Assembly: GCA_965203475.1 (NCBI GenBank)
Contig: OZ241890.1
Location: 2,203,502-2,267,501 of the forward strand
Length of the DNA stretch: 64,000 bases
Source: Gammaproteobacteria bacterium
GTDB taxonomy: Bacteria; Pseudomonadota; Gammaproteobacteria; UBA4575
Direction of reading: 5' to 3'
Shown here: positions 20,638-35,598 of the stretch, piece by piece
How positions within the stretch are numbered: the stretch's first letter is position 1
How the letters are laid out: every line of letters begins with the position of its first letter
Translations under genes and position numbers: made by a program
Notes under the pieces: generated by a model
Seen by the model: only the letters and a program-made list of their open reading frames with translations
Database searches by the model: none
Told to the model about the DNA's origin: nothing

Positions 20638-21665
20638 GCGGCTAACTCCATATTTTTGGCACGCGAATATTCAAAGAACAGTTTTATTTGTTTTAATTGT
20701 TGTGAAGTATCATCAGTTCGCAACAATTTATCTTTAAACTTCGCGTAGCTAATAAATTTTTTTAAGTACCAAGCGATATGTTTTCGAGCAACACGTACAC
20801 CCACTTTATTTCCGTAATGCAGATACAAACCAGTTAAGTGGTTTAGTATTACTTTTTCAATTTCATCCAATGAGGGTGTGGGCAGCGTTTTATTATATTT
20901 TATAAAGTAATTAACTTGGTTAAAGATCCAAGGATTACCGTGCGCTGCTCGTCCTATCATAATCGCATCTGCGTCGGAAAAAGCCAAGACCTTTTTTGCA
21001 TTTTCTGGAGAATTAATATCTCCATTTGCAATTACTGGAATGTTTACCGCATTTTTAATAATTCGAATCGTTTCATATTCCGCATGACCTTTATAAAAGC
21101 ATTGACGTGTGCGTCCATGTATGGCAAGTGCTTGAACTCCGATAGATTCAGCAAGTTTTGCAATTGTTGGTGCGTTTTTATGATCTGGACTAATACCAGT
21201 GCGCATTTTTAATGTAACGGGAACATCAACTGCATTTACAACGGCATCTAAAATTTTTACAACTTTATTTTCATCTTGCATCAATGCGGAGCCTGCCATT
21301 TTTTTACAAACTTTTTTTGCCGGACAACCCATATTAATGTCAATAATTTGCGCACCTTTGTTAACACAAATTTTAGCTGCGTTCGCCATCTTTACAGGCT
21401 CGTTTCCCGCAATTTGAACGATACGTGGTTCTGGGTCATCATTTTGTATGATACGTTGAGCACTTTTCTTGCTTTTCCAGTGGGCAATATCCGAGGTAAG
21501 CATCTCTGCCACCGTGGCTCCGGCACCCTGTTGCATACAGATCTTGCGGAAAACCCGATCCGAAATACCTGTCATGGGAGCCAATAGCACATTATTGCGG
21601 AACTGGTAGGGTCCGATACTTATTTGGCTGGAGATAGTATCCGATCTAGAAGAATTCGATTTCAT
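20634..21665 (-). CDS. dusB: tRNA-dihydrouridine synthase B
   Basis: LAPM, DINMGCP, HGRTR, NGDI and MIGRAA motifs; dusB-fis operon. Confidence 0.93.
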   Translation of the reverse strand: MKSNSSRSDTISSQISIGPYQFRNNVLLAPMTGISDRVFRKICMQQGAGATVAEMLTSDIAHWKSKKSAQRIIQNDDPEPRIVQIAGNEPVKMANAAKICVNKGAQIIDINMGCPAKKVCKKMAGSALMQDENKVVKILDAVVNAVDVPVTLKMRTGISPDHKNAPTIAKLAESIGVQALAIHGRTRQCFYKGHAEYETIRIIKNAVNIPVIANGDINSPENAKKVLAFSDADAIMIGRAAHGNPWIFNQVNYFIKYNKTLPTPSLDEIEKVILNHLTGLYLHYGNKVGVRVARKHIAWYLKKFISYAKFKDKLLRTDDTSQQLKQIKLFFEYSRAKNMELAA

Positions 21666-22386
21666 AGGCGATCACTTTACTGCCTGGATCAAATACTTCC
21701 AATCGTGCTCCCACCGGTTGATGTGGTTGAATGTCGGATTTTGCCAGTGTTTTATTAATGAGATATTCCTGTGCAGTGAATTGGCGAGTGGCCACCACCT
21801 GCCCTTGAGTATCCAGCAATGTGATTTGTAACTTAGGAAAGGGTTGAGCATTGTCGCTTTCATTTACAAAACTCACTGTAATCATCAATGCATTTGTCAC
21901 ATTCGGATGACTAAAAATATTTCTATTCAATATTTTAATTGTGGAAGCATCACCTGAGGATGTGGTTCGACAACCTGTGATGTCACAAAAATTATCTATC
22001 CAATTTTGTGGTAGCAATTCAATCTTTTGCCAGTAGGTAATTTGGCCCAGAAGCAAAATTACTAATGCTATTGCACCAAGTGTAAATATAGCGGTTTTTA
22101 TATTGTTGCTAGACGAAGACGGAAATTTTTTACCAACATCATCACGAATGAGCTCTGGGATGGTTTCTCCAGTTTCATTTGCATGCTCTTCACGTAATGA
22201 GGCATCTTTATGCTCGGTATCTTTGTCATCACTTTGCTGGTCTTCATAGTCATGCTGAATGTATTCCACACCATTAAATACAGTGTCACAGATACCGCAT
22301 CGCACAAGACCATCGGCAATTGTTAATTGATCTTCTGTAACTTTAAATACAGCGTTACATTCTGTGCACTTGGTGTACTTAAACAT
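21646..22386 (-). CDS. Zinc-ribbon / DUF3426-type membrane protein
   Basis: N-terminal CxxC...VRCGxC zinc ribbon and one TM; usual position between prmA and dusB. Confidence 0.8.
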   Translation of the reverse strand: MFKYTKCTECNAVFKVTEDQLTIADGLVRCGICDTVFNGVEYIQHDYEDQQSDDKDTEHKDASLREEHANETGETIPELIRDDVGKKFPSSSSNNIKTAIFTLGAIALVILLLGQITYWQKIELLPQNWIDNFCDITGCRTTSSGDASTIKILNRNIFSHPNVTNALMITVSFVNESDNAQPFPKLQITLLDTQGQVVATRQFTAQEYLINKTLAKSDIQPHQPVGARLEVFDPGSKVIAYEIEFF

Positions 22387-22406
22387 GAATACCTAAACCA
22401 CCATTA

Positions 22407-23276
22407 CTATTTTTGAACAGCTTCGACTAGAAACCATTCATTCCTGGCATAGGTCTCTCTAATTGTAAATTGCTCAGCGTAGGCCTGCCGCAATTCATCG
22501 AACTGTGTATCAAGTATACCGGATAATAATAATGTGCCTGCAGGCCGAAGCGCATTTGCAAATTGTGTTTTTAATTCAAGCAAGGGCTGCAATAAAATAT
22601 TTGCAATGAGCACATCACAGGAATGGTTTTGTAATTCTTCTGCATGAGAGATTGTAAAGCTATGTTCAGGGACAAAATTGAGTGCCGCATTTTGTCGCGT
22701 TGCTGTAATGGCCTGTGCGTCGTAATCGATGGCTAGAACATTTTTTGCTCCCAAGTAATATGCCGCAATCGCTAAAATCCCGGACCCACATCCAAAATCA
22801 ATCACATCGCTTTGCTTAGGTGGTTGTTGTGCTAAGCACTTCAGGCAAAGTTCTGTTGTTGGGTGGGTACCCGTGCCGAATGCTAGACCTGGGTCCAAGC
22901 GAATATTAATGGCAAATGGATCTGGCGGTGTATGCCAGCTGGGGCATACCCACAACCTTTCACCAAATTGTAACGGTGGAAAGTGATGTTGATAAGAATG
23001 TTCCCAGTCTTGTTCTTGTATAGGATTTGTAAAGAGTTCTACCGAGCAAGACAAAACGCTTTCAATTTCAGTGTGTAGCTTTTGCGTGTCGATATCATCT
23101 AAAAATTGAGCCGAAATATTTATCTGATTCCATAATGGGGTGCTCCCTAGTTGTTTAATGAGTACAGGATTATTTTCTGCGCCAGATAAACTAATGGAAA
23201 CCGCGCCCCACTGCTCGAATATGGCTTCTACGGCAATATGCTGAACCGGGGTGATTCGGGCACTAACTTCAAACAC
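22407..23276 (-). CDS. prmA: Ribosomal protein L11 methyltransferase
   Basis: DPGLAFGTGTHPTT, DFGCGSGILA and ANIL motifs. Confidence 0.95.
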   Translation of the reverse strand: MFEVSARITPVQHIAVEAIFEQWGAVSISLSGAENNPVLIKQLGSTPLWNQINISAQFLDDIDTQKLHTEIESVLSCSVELFTNPIQEQDWEHSYQHHFPPLQFGERLWVCPSWHTPPDPFAINIRLDPGLAFGTGTHPTTELCLKCLAQQPPKQSDVIDFGCGSGILAIAAYYLGAKNVLAIDYDAQAITATRQNAALNFVPEHSFTISHAEELQNHSCDVLIANILLQPLLELKTQFANALRPAGTLLLSGILDTQFDELRQAYAEQFTIRETYARNEWFLVEAVQK

Positions 23277-23294
23277 GGTAGACGGGTGTTGAAA

Positions 23295-24632
23295 TTAATT
23301 GGAAAGTTTTTTCTCTAGATAATGGATATTATGTTGTGCCTTTACATACACTTCATCATTCATTAAATCTAGTAACAATGGAACATTGGTTGTAATTCCA
23401 TCAATTACAATTTCATGTAATGCACCTCGCATTCTGGTAAGTGCACCATCACGACTATGACCCACAGCTAACAACTTTCCAATCATGGAATCATAGTATG
23501 GAGGAACGGAATACCCGTTATATAAATGGGTATCTACGCGAATACCGGGGCCGCCTGGACAATGAAAATGCGTAATTTTCCCGGGGCAGGGTATAAACTT
23601 ATAGGGGTCTTCGGCATTAATTCGACATTCGATGGCATGCCCACGAATTTTGATATCTTTTTGTTGGAAAGTGAGTTCTTCGCCCGCGGCAATTAACAAT
23701 TGCTGTTTAACGATATCAATACCGGTAATCATTTCAGTTACGGGATGCTCCACCTGTACTCGAGTATTCATTTCGATGAAATAAAATTCACCATTTTCGT
23801 ATAAAAACTCGAATGTTCCCGCACCTCGATAATTAATTTGTTGACAGGCCTCAGTAATTCTTGCACCAATCTGCTCGCGTTGTTCGGATGAAATTCCAAA
23901 AGCAGGAGCCTCTTCAATTACTTTTTGATTACGACGTTGCATGGAACAATCTCTTTCACACAAATGTATGGCATTTCCATGAGAGTCTGCTAGCACTTGA
24001 AATTCAACATGTCGTGGGGCTTCTAAAAATTTTTCCATAAACAAACGATCATCATTGAACGCTGCACCGGCTTCAGTCCGTGTAAGTGACACGGCTTCTT
24101 CCAGCTCATCTTCACGGTGTACAACGCGCATGCCACGTCCACCACCACCGCCGGCCGCTTTCACCATCACTGGGTAGCCAATTCCTTGTGCAAGAAGTTT
24201 TGCTCGCTGCATATCTTCAATTGGCTCAACCGTGCCAGGCACACAGGGCACACCTGCAGCCTCCATTGCACGCTTCGCTGCAATTTTGTCTCCCATGGTA
24301 CGAATGGTTTCAGAGCTTGGACCGATAAAAATAAAACCACTGGACTCCACCACTTCAGCAAACTCTGCATTTTCAGAAAGGAATCCATACCCTGGATGGA
24401 TTGCTGTGGCATCGGTTACTTCAGCAGCACTGATAATGGCAGGAATATTTAAATAACTATCAGTAGAAGCAGCAGGACCCACGCATACCGATTCATCTGC
24501 CATACCAACATGCATCAAATCACGATCGGCTTCTGAATGAATGGCAACAGTTTTAATTCCCATATCGCGACACGCACGCAAAATGCGCAATGCAATTTCT
24601 CCGCGATTGGCGATAACAACTTTTTCTAACAT
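23295..24632 (-). CDS. accC: Acetyl-CoA carboxylase biotin carboxylase
   Basis: [24 protein letters not shown] and [10 protein letters not shown] motifs. Confidence 0.98.
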   Translation of the reverse strand: MLEKVVIANRGEIALRILRACRDMGIKTVAIHSEADRDLMHVGMADESVCVGPAASTDSYLNIPAIISAAEVTDATAIHPGYGFLSENAEFAEVVESSGFIFIGPSSETIRTMGDKIAAKRAMEAAGVPCVPGTVEPIEDMQRAKLLAQGIGYPVMVKAAGGGGGRGMRVVHREDELEEAVSLTRTEAGAAFNDDRLFMEKFLEAPRHVEFQVLADSHGNAIHLCERDCSMQRRNQKVIEEAPAFGISSEQREQIGARITEACQQINYRGAGTFEFLYENGEFYFIEMNTRVQVEHPVTEMITGIDIVKQQLLIAAGEELTFQQKDIKIRGHAIECRINAEDPYKFIPCPGKITHFHCPGGPGIRVDTHLYNGYSVPPYYDSMIGKLLAVGHSRDGALTRMRGALHEIVIDGITTNVPLLLDLMNDEVYVKAQHNIHYLEKKLSN

Positions 24633-24658
24633 GCGAATTAGTTAGTATAGAAAACGTA

Positions 24659-25111
24659 TTATTCGATAATGAATAAGGCTTGACCAAATTCAACGGGCTG
24701 AGCGTTTTCCACCAGTATGGCCTTTATCGTCCCAGCTTTATCGGCTTCAATTTGATTCAGCATTTTCATTGCTTCAATTATGCATAGAGTGTCACCTAGA
24801 CTTACTGATTGGCCAACTTCAACAAAAGCCTTTTGGCCTGGAGCGGGAGCTTCATAAAAAGTTCCCACCATGGGTGAATTCACGCTATGTCCAGAAGGTG
24901 TATCGTCTTTGGTTTCTACAATCGCTGGTGTTTCTGCTATTGCTGCAGGCGCAGCAGCACTGGGTGCCTGTGGTACAACAATTTGGCTTGCAGTGGCAGC
25001 TGATGAACCTCTGCTAATACGAACGGATTCTTCACCTTCTTTTATTTCGATTTCGGCAATGCCAGATTCATCGAGTAATTCAATTAATTTTTTTACCTTT
25101 CGAATATCCAT
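24659..25111 (-). CDS. accB: Biotin carboxyl carrier protein
   Basis: [20 protein letters not shown] and the EAMKM biotinylation motif. Confidence 0.98.
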   Translation of the reverse strand: MDIRKVKKLIELLDESGIAEIEIKEGEESVRISRGSSAATASQIVVPQAPSAAAPAAIAETPAIVETKDDTPSGHSVNSPMVGTFYEAPAPGQKAFVEVGQSVSLGDTLCIIEAMKMLNQIEADKAGTIKAILVENAQPVEFGQALFIIE

Positions 25112-25126
25112 GTTTGCGTCTCTCGT

Positions 25127-25570
25127 TTATGAATTAGAAAGTTTGCTGTCAGCAGCTTCTACTGCCAGCTCATACCCTTTTGCTCCCATGCCAGAAATAA
25201 TTCCTGTCGCAATATCCGACAAAAAAGAATGTTTGCGAAACTCTTCACGTGCAAACACATTAGAAAGGTGTAATTCAATAAATGGAATTTCAACGCCTAA
25301 TAATGCATCACGTAATGAAATACTGGTGTGGGTAAAAGCGCCTGGATTAAAAATAATCATATCCACGTTGTCGGCTTTAGCTTGATGAATTCGATTTACT
25401 AGATCGTGTTCCGCATTGCTCTGATAATTATCAAACTCGTGGCCTAAGTGTTCGGCTTTAGCACTGGCTAATTGGACTACATCGTCTAACGTGTCATGGC
25501 CATATACTTTGGGTTCACGTTGCCCGAGCAGGTTTAAATTGGGTCCATTTAAAAGTAATAAACTAGCCAT
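25127..25570 (-). CDS. aroQ: Type II 3-dehydroquinate dehydratase
   Basis: [23 protein letters not shown] and ELHLSN motifs. Confidence 0.97.
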   Translation of the reverse strand: MASLLLLNGPNLNLLGQREPKVYGHDTLDDVVQLASAKAEHLGHEFDNYQSNAEHDLVNRIHQAKADNVDMIIFNPGAFTHTSISLRDALLGVEIPFIELHLSNVFAREEFRKHSFLSDIATGIISGMGAKGYELAVEAADSKLSNS

Positions 25571-25813
25571 ATTTTTCGTGATTATGTAGCTATCTGTAAC
25601 GATCTTGCTCGGTTAAGGCAAGTTTTAGAGAGTTTACATGAAATAGTGATAGAATCCACTTAAATTTTAAGTGATTGATATTTAGCTGAAATTTAGCGAT
25701 TTTATCAACACATTCTAGGCAGTTTTGCGTTTTTTTGTAGAATTTAGCCTAGTTGTAATGAACGATGCGTTTTCGTTGTCCAATAATACTACAAGGAAAC
25801 CAAAGAAAAGCGA

Positions 25814-26488
25814 ATGAAATCGAGCATCATCACCTATTCAGTGTATCTCTACCTATTGTTGGCAATAGCGACGGGGTTTAGTTTTCAGGCTGATACAGTA
25901 GATGCACCGCCAACGGCAAAAGCGGTATTTGCTGGCGGATGTTTCTGGTGCATGGAGCCACCATTTGATGCATTAGAAGGTGTAATTTCAACCGTATCAG
26001 GTTACACCGGCGGACATTTAGATAATCCAACGTATACACAAGTGTCTAAAGAAAACACAGGACATTATGAAGCAATCGAAATTACCTACGACCCTTCAAA
26101 AATTGATTACGCAACTTTGTTGAGTGTGTTTTGGCATAACATTGACCCAACAGATGATCTAGGCCAGTTTTGTGATAAGGGTGATAGCTATCGCAGTGCT
26201 ATTTTTTATTTGGATATGAAACAAAAAAATCTTGCTGAACGATCGAAACAAGAATTAATGAACTCTGCATACTTAGCTCAACCTGTAGCTACAAAAGTTT
26301 TAGAAGCTAAGAAATTTTATCCTGCAGAAGATTATCATCAGAATTATTATCAAAAAAATCCGCTACGTTATAAATATTATCGTTATACTTGTGGGCGTGA
26401 TCATCGCTTAGATTCTATTTGGGGTGCTTCAGCCCGAAAGGGTGGCCCAGTTGTACCTGAAATGATGATGACTTCTGAAAATAAATAA
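25814..26488 (+). CDS. msrA: Peptide-methionine (S)-S-oxide reductase with N-terminal signal peptide
   Basis: FAGGCFWC, GYTGG and AEDYHQNYY motifs; hydrophobic N-terminus. Confidence 0.95.
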   Translation: MKSSIITYSVYLYLLLAIATGFSFQADTVDAPPTAKAVFAGGCFWCMEPPFDALEGVISTVSGYTGGHLDNPTYTQVSKENTGHYEAIEITYDPSKIDYATLLSVFWHNIDPTDDLGQFCDKGDSYRSAIFYLDMKQKNLAERSKQELMNSAYLAQPVATKVLEAKKFYPAEDYHQNYYQKNPLRYKYYRYTCGRDHRLDSIWGASARKGGPVVPEMMMTSENK

Positions 26489-26891
26489 CACTACAAATTC
26501 TACTAAATGGGAAATACAGTTTGGGTTTTCAACGAAGATCAAGCTAAAGAATATGGTGGTGAAGCTGAAACAAATTATCAATCGGTCAAGAGATCGAAAA
26601 TTTGTTACAAAACATTATTTCATCAATAAAGAAAGAAAAAATAACTACTATTGAATAGCCTACGGAGCTACTAGAAGAACTTGAGAATTGTTTGTCAAAC
26701 GTATCGGTAACAAAAGAACGAGGAGTTCAAAATAGGGTTAACGGTAGCCCCCTGGCGAATAAATTTCCCTATGCATTTCTATCAGAGCAATTAGTCATTA
26801 AGTAGTTAACCTTACATCCTTTGTTAATAGCTAAACGATCAATATTCATTGGCGATTAAATTTATTACTAAATAATTGATATAATTATTAA

Positions 26892-27791
26892 ATGGCTAAT
26901 TTACCTACGGTTAAACAACTTCGATACCTTATTGCTTTAGAAAAATATTTACACTTTGGAAAAGCTGCAGAAGCCTGTTTTGTTTCACAATCTGCATTTA
27001 GTGTGGCGATCAAGGAGCTTGAAACGCTACTAAATGTTTCCTTAGTAGATCGAACAAACCGCAGTGTCGTATTCACATCTGCGGGCAAAGCTGTTGTGCA
27101 ACAGGCACGCTTAGCGATGTTTGATTTAGAAGGAATTTTAGATATTTCTAAATCTCAACAAGAACCTCTATGTGGAGATTTAAAAATGGGCGTAATTCCT
27201 ACTATTGCCCCATTTCTATTACCTAAAGTTTTGCCCAAACTTCGGAAAAAATTTCCTAAGTTAGATTTATATTTTAAAGAAGAACAAACTAAAGTAATTC
27301 ACAAATTATTATTAAATGGTGAGCTTGATGTTTTATTGCTTGCATTGCCTTTTGATTTAGCAAATACAGAAAAAATTTCAATATTTAATGATCCCTTTAA
27401 GTTAGCGTATAGAAAAGGTACACGTCTAATTGATACAGAAAACTTTTCACCAAATAAATTGAATAAAGAAGCAATACTATTACTTGAAGATGGGCACTGT
27501 TTGCGTGATCATGCATTAAGTGCTTGCAGTATAGGTCGTAAAAATAATATCAGTAAATTTTCTGCAAGTGGTTTATATAGCCTAATTCATATGGTGGATA
27601 GTGACTTAGGCGTAACATTTGTCCCACAAATGGCAATAGATAGTGGGTTGTTAAAAAATACAAACGTTAAAACTCAAGACATTAAAGATAAAGCATATCG
27701 TGAAATTGGCTTAGCTTGGCGAAAATCAAGTGTGCGAAGAGAGGAGTTTAAATTATTGGCTGATGCCATCCATGAATTTGTTGATCTGTGA
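26892..27791 (+). CDS. oxyR: Hydrogen peroxide-sensing LysR regulator
   Basis: LysR helix-turn-helix; LLEDGHCLRDHALSAC with both redox cysteines; close to katG. Confidence 0.88.
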   Translation: MANLPTVKQLRYLIALEKYLHFGKAAEACFVSQSAFSVAIKELETLLNVSLVDRTNRSVVFTSAGKAVVQQARLAMFDLEGILDISKSQQEPLCGDLKMGVIPTIAPFLLPKVLPKLRKKFPKLDLYFKEEQTKVIHKLLLNGELDVLLLALPFDLANTEKISIFNDPFKLAYRKGTRLIDTENFSPNKLNKEAILLLEDGHCLRDHALSACSIGRKNNISKFSASGLYSLIHMVDSDLGVTFVPQMAIDSGLLKNTNVKTQDIKDKAYREIGLAWRKSSVRREEFKLLADAIHEFVDL

Positions 27792-28170
27792 TCTTGTAAT
27801 TGGAAATTGAAAATTCATTACTAGGAATCGACCAAACATAAATTAATAAAAACAATAATCCTATTCCGAGAAAAGTAACAACATATAAGTTCATTGAAAA
27901 TATTGATGTAAGACTAAAAGAGAATAAGATAGATAAACTTGCAAACCATTTTGCTTGTTTAGGAATACACTTAGATTTTTGCCAATTCTGAATCGTGTTT
28001 GAGAAAGGCGACTTATTAAGAATCCATTCATGCATGCTGGGCGATGATTTTGCAAATGCCCATGCTGATAACAATACAAAACACGTTGTTGGCAATAGAG
28101 GTAAAAATATTCCGATTACACCCAAACCCAAAGAAACACTGCCTAACAATTGATAGAGTATCGTTTTCAT
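27748..28170 (-). CDS. YbaN/DUF454 inner-membrane protein
   Basis: GVIGIFLPLLPTTCFVLLSAWAFAKSS motif; ATG 28170 preferred; 3' end overlaps oxyR. Confidence 0.85.
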   Translation of the reverse strand: MKTILYQLLGSVSLGLGVIGIFLPLLPTTCFVLLSAWAFAKSSPSMHEWILNKSPFSNTIQNWQKSKCIPKQAKWFASLSILFSFSLTSIFSMNLYVVTFLGIGLLFLLIYVWSIPSNEFSISNYKITDQQIHGWHQPII

Positions 28171-28202
28171 TTTGTTTTGACTGAAAACGTAATGTTTTAA
28201 AT

Positions 28203-28243
28203 TCAAGGGCAATAATTCGCGAAATTGGAAAAATTGCCCTTGA
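28203..28243. repeat. 11-bp perfect inverted repeat just downstream of katG
   Basis: TCAAGGGCAAT-N19-ATTGCCCTTGA, 8 bp after the katG stop. Possible terminator or mRNA-stabilising hairpin; no strong U-tract. Confidence 0.55.
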
Positions 28244-28251
28244 TATTTACA

Positions 28252-30459
<2,208 letters not shown>

Positions 30460-30633
30460 TTATTTTTAACAATCGTTAAGAATGGCTAGTAATGTTACCG
30501 TGAACGTATCATTTATCAAATATATAATATAAAAGATAATAATAAATTTTATAAATGATAAGATTCGAGCAAGAAGCACCTAGATCCTAGACATGTGTGT
30601 CTATGAGAGATTAAAGCGTTTGTGAAGGTATGC

Positions 30634-32526
30634 TTAGTCGTTTAATGCAATCGTGCCTGTTCCAGATTGCTTAAAGTTTTCAATATGTGCAGAAAATTTT
30701 GTGGCGGGCATAAATCCAACCACACGGTAGTTACGTAATTCATTTCCGGTATGGTCATAAAATAAAATTGCTGGAGGTCCAAACAGGCCAAGTTTATCTA
30801 ACAATGCTTGGTCTAATGCATCATTGTCAGTGACATCGGCTTGCAACACTACAAAATTCTCAAGAGATTTTTGCACGCTATTATTACTGAAGGTAAATGC
30901 TTCCATTTCTTTACAAGAAATACACCAATCAGCATAAAAATCTAACATTACAGGCTGACCATTTTTTGCTGCTTGTTGTATTGCTTGCTCTAATTCATCA
31001 ATCCCTTTGATTTGCTGAAACGATAATGCGTGTTGGCCACTACCTGAAGCGTGAATGTTGTTACTCGCAATTTGTACCGATTGAATCCCTTGCAATGGTT
31101 GTAACAGGCTATGACTACCGCCAGCCGCTCCAATTACCAATATTGCGCCATAGACCAGTGATACGAGCCCTAATCCTTTCCAAAGTTTAGACCAGCCAGA
31201 TGCACTTTCTTTTATTGCATCTAATGCACCTAAATAAATGGCAGAAACGATTAACAACACACCGGTTAAAAGCAAAATTATGGGTGCTGGTAATATTCTT
31301 TCTAGTAACCAAATGGCTAAACCTAATAGTAAAACACCGAATACCGCTTTTACGGCATCCATCCAAGCACCTGCTTTGGGTAAAAGTTTTCCAGCCGATG
31401 TACCGATGGCAAGCAACGGCGCACCCATGCCAATACTTAATGCAAATAATGCAACACCACCAATTAAAGCATCACCCGTTTCAGCGATATAAATTAGTGC
31501 ACCAATTAATGGAGCCGTAACACATGGACCTACAATGAGTGCAGACAGAAATCCCATCATCCCTGCACCAATAAATGAACCTTGCTCCTGACTAGAACTT
31601 ATATCATTAAGTTTAGATTGAATGCTGTTTGGCATTTGTAGTTCATAAAATCCAAACATGGCTAATGACAGCAATACAAAGATTCCTGCAAACACACTTA
31701 ATACCCATGGGTTTTGGAACCAAATTTGAATATTTTCTCCAGACAATCCAACAATAATTCCTGCTGCGGTATAAGTTATTGCCATTGCAAGTACGTATAC
31801 CAAGGACAAGGAAAATGCTTTAGAGGTAGAAATGTTTTCACCTTGTCCAATAATGATGCTGGAAAGAATAGGGATCATTGGAAACACGCAAGGTGTAAAG
31901 GCCAGCAACAAACCTAAACCAAAAAACGTAAGTACCGTAAACCAAAGTTTTCCGGAGGCTAAAGTACCCGCTATGCGATCTTGTTCGGATTGAAAAATTG
32001 TTGCAGAAGATTCACTGCTAGAAGTAACACTATTATTTGTCGATGCAGAAGCAGCACCCTCTCCTGTTTGATTTAACTCAACTTTTAAATTTTTTGTGAT
32101 CGGCGGATAACAAAGTCCTGCTTTGGCGCATCCTTGGTATTTAACAATCAGATTCGCTGTTGTCACACCTTTCGATAAATTTGTGATGGTAGATGTAGAT
32201 TGGAAGGAATGATCAATACTTACAATCTTTCCAAAGTACTCATCAATTTTTTCTTCGCCTGCGGGCAGATCCATTGCACCGAGTGCAAGTTCAGATTCGT
32301 TTTCAGCCGCAATACTGATTTTGTCTTTATATAAATAATAGCCATCTTCTACATGCCAATTACTAATAACAGTATTGCCATCACTTTTATCCAGTGTTAC
32401 TTGAAAAGCGATATCAGGATCTAAAAACTCATCTTCATTGGAATTATTGAGATCAGATATACCGGCCCAACTCATACTAAAAGTAGTAATGCAAACAAAG
32501 ATTAATAATGTGCGAAAAATGTTCAT
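30634..32526 (-). CDS. dsbD: Thiol:disulfide interchange protein
   Basis: QGCAKAGLCYPP, FTPCVFPM, GPCVTAPL and FYADWCISCK motifs. Confidence 0.96.
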   Translation of the reverse strand: MNIFRTLLIFVCITTFSMSWAGISDLNNSNEDEFLDPDIAFQVTLDKSDGNTVISNWHVEDGYYLYKDKISIAAENESELALGAMDLPAGEEKIDEYFGKIVSIDHSFQSTSTITNLSKGVTTANLIVKYQGCAKAGLCYPPITKNLKVELNQTGEGAASASTNNSVTSSSESSATIFQSEQDRIAGTLASGKLWFTVLTFFGLGLLLAFTPCVFPMIPILSSIIIGQGENISTSKAFSLSLVYVLAMAITYTAAGIIVGLSGENIQIWFQNPWVLSVFAGIFVLLSLAMFGFYELQMPNSIQSKLNDISSSQEQGSFIGAGMMGFLSALIVGPCVTAPLIGALIYIAETGDALIGGVALFALSIGMGAPLLAIGTSAGKLLPKAGAWMDAVKAVFGVLLLGLAIWLLERILPAPIILLLTGVLLIVSAIYLGALDAIKESASGWSKLWKGLGLVSLVYGAILVIGAAGGSHSLLQPLQGIQSVQIASNNIHASGSGQHALSFQQIKGIDELEQAIQQAAKNGQPVMLDFYADWCISCKEMEAFTFSNNSVQKSLENFVVLQADVTDNDALDQALLDKLGLFGPPAILFYDHTGNELRNYRVVGFMPATKFSAHIENFKQSGTGTIALND

Positions 32527-32843
32527 GCTGTTATGTATTGCTCAATCCAGGTTAAATATTTATCTGATCCTTTAGTAATTAGAGTAGCGATGATCTCGGG
32601 AAGTTCGTAAGGATGGTTATTTTGTAGAAAAGATTCCAGCTGAGGGTACTGATTTTCCATCGTTTTTATAATACCCACATGCTCTTTTTCCACACACAGC
32701 TCGTTTTCCCAAAAATACACCGATTGCCCTTGAGGCAAGATATTTACACATGCTGCAAGCTTTGCCTGCACTATTTCCTTGGCAAGTTGCTCAGCGGTGT
32801 CGATATCTGGAAAAGTGGTCAGTACCAATAAAGGGGTGCCCAT
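32523..32843 (-). CDS. cutA: Divalent-cation tolerance protein
   Basis: LAACVNI and HPYELPEII motifs; start taken as ATG 32843 because the longer track ORF overlaps fxsA. Confidence 0.93.
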   Translation of the reverse strand: MGTPLLVLTTFPDIDTAEQLAKEIVQAKLAACVNILPQGQSVYFWENELCVEKEHVGIIKTMENQYPQLESFLQNNHPYELPEIIATLITKGSDKYLTWIEQYITA

Positions 32844-32861
32844 ATAGTTTGCCTTTAAGTA

Positions 32862-32889
32862 TTGAAGTTTGTGAAGTAGACCCTCATAT
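32862..32889 (+). promoter_or_regulatory. Putative sigma32 (RpoH) promoter of fxsA
   Basis: TTGAAG-N14-CCTCATAT resembles the TTGAAA-N13/14-CCCCATNT consensus; AAGGAG ribosome-binding site follows. Confidence 0.55.
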
Positions 32890-32913
32890 TCATAATTATA
32901 AAGGAGCCAACAC

Positions 32914-33387
32914 ATGACACCTGTACGAATATTTCCAATTTTGATGGCCATTTTCTTAATAGTGCCAATCATAGAAATTTATCTGCTCATTCAAGTGGGC
33001 GGAATGATTGGGGCCTTGGCCACCATTGCTCTCGTTATATTGACCGCAGTAATTGGTGCCGCATTACTGAGAATTCAGGGATTTCAAACCTATATGCGCT
33101 TTAATCAGTCGCTGGCAGAGGGCCGGATGCCTGCCATGGAGATTTTGGAAGGGGTAGCTCTTTTTATCGGTGGAGCACTGTTGTTGACTCCCGGATTTTT
33201 CACCGATGCGATTGGGTTTCTATGCCTTATTTCCTTCACCCGCATGGCTATTATTTCAGCTATTTTGAAGCGTTTTAATCCATTGGCAGGCATGGAATCT
33301 TCATTTCACACCACAAACCCTCATAACACAGGAAAGCACGGGAATGTGTACGAAGGCCGAATCACTCGGCACTACGATGAGAAATAG
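32914..33387 (+). CDS. fxsA: FxsA family membrane protein
   Basis: PIIEIYLLIQVG and LLLTPGFFTDAIG motifs; cutA-fxsA-groES synteny. Confidence 0.92.
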   Translation: MTPVRIFPILMAIFLIVPIIEIYLLIQVGGMIGALATIALVILTAVIGAALLRIQGFQTYMRFNQSLAEGRMPAMEILEGVALFIGGALLLTPGFFTDAIGFLCLISFTRMAIISAILKRFNPLAGMESSFHTTNPHNTGKHGNVYEGRITRHYDEK

Positions 33388-33421
33388 ATTCAACTATTTT
33401 GCAGAAACTTTCTAAAAAGCC

Positions 33422-33449
33422 TTGACTTCACAAAGGGCGTTCGTATGAT
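33422..33449 (+). promoter_or_regulatory. Putative sigma70 promoter of groESL
   Basis: TTGACT (33422-33427), 16-nt spacer, TATGAT (33444-33449), overlapping the first base of CIRCE. Confidence 0.6.
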
Positions 33450-33475
33450 TAGCACTCATTAACTGAGAGTGCTAA
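33449..33475. promoter_or_regulatory. CIRCE operator (HrcA binding site)
   Basis: TTAGCACTC-attaactga-GAGTGCTAA, an exact match to TTAGCACTC-N9-GAGTGCTAA, about 70 bp upstream of groES. Confidence 0.97.
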
Positions 33476-33544
33476 CAGCAACAATAGCAAAAGCACGTAA
33501 ACAACCATTTTACATTAAGAACCCTTATTTAGGAGGCGATCCAA

Positions 33545-33835
33545 ATGAAGATACGTCCACTGCATGACCGAGTGGTCATCAAACGTATGGAAGAGGAGCG
33601 AACCAGTCCTGGTGGCATCGTAATTCCAGATTCAGCAACCGAAAAACCCATCAAAGGCGAAGTAATTGCAGTAGGCAATGGCAAGGTCACCGACAGCGGT
33701 GATATCCGTGCACTGGATTTAAAAGCTGGCGATAAAGTGTTGTTTGGCAAGTATTCAGGCACTGAAGTCAAAGTCGATGGCGATGATTTATTAGTGATGC
33801 GCGAAGACGACATTATGGCCGTCATTGAAGACTAG
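33545..33835 (+). CDS. groES: Co-chaperonin GroES
   Basis: [17 protein letters not shown] and KYSGTEVK motifs; AGGAGG ribosome-binding site. Confidence 0.99.
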   Translation: MKIRPLHDRVVIKRMEEERTSPGGIVIPDSATEKPIKGEVIAVGNGKVTDSGDIRALDLKAGDKVLFGKYSGTEVKVDGDDLLVMREDDIMAVIED

Positions 33836-33869
33836 AAATTTAAGAACACAACACATCTATATTAGATAG

Positions 33870-35528
<1,659 letters not shown>

Positions 35529-35554
35529 ATCATTCCAATTCATCTTTACTCAAG

Positions 35555-35583
35555 AAAAGGCCTCGCAATGCGGGGCCTTTTTT
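35555..35583 (+). terminator. Intrinsic terminator of groESL
   Basis: AAAAGGCCTCGC-aat-GCGGGGCC followed by TTTTTT. Confidence 0.9.
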
Positions 35584-35598
35584 GTGGTTGGAGATATA

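Noticed and set aside
26507..26760. Short ORF (MGNTVWVFNEDQAKEYGG..., about 40 aa) and possible gene remnant between msrA and oxyR
   Set aside because: No recognisable family or convincing ribosome-binding site; cannot be supported without a search.
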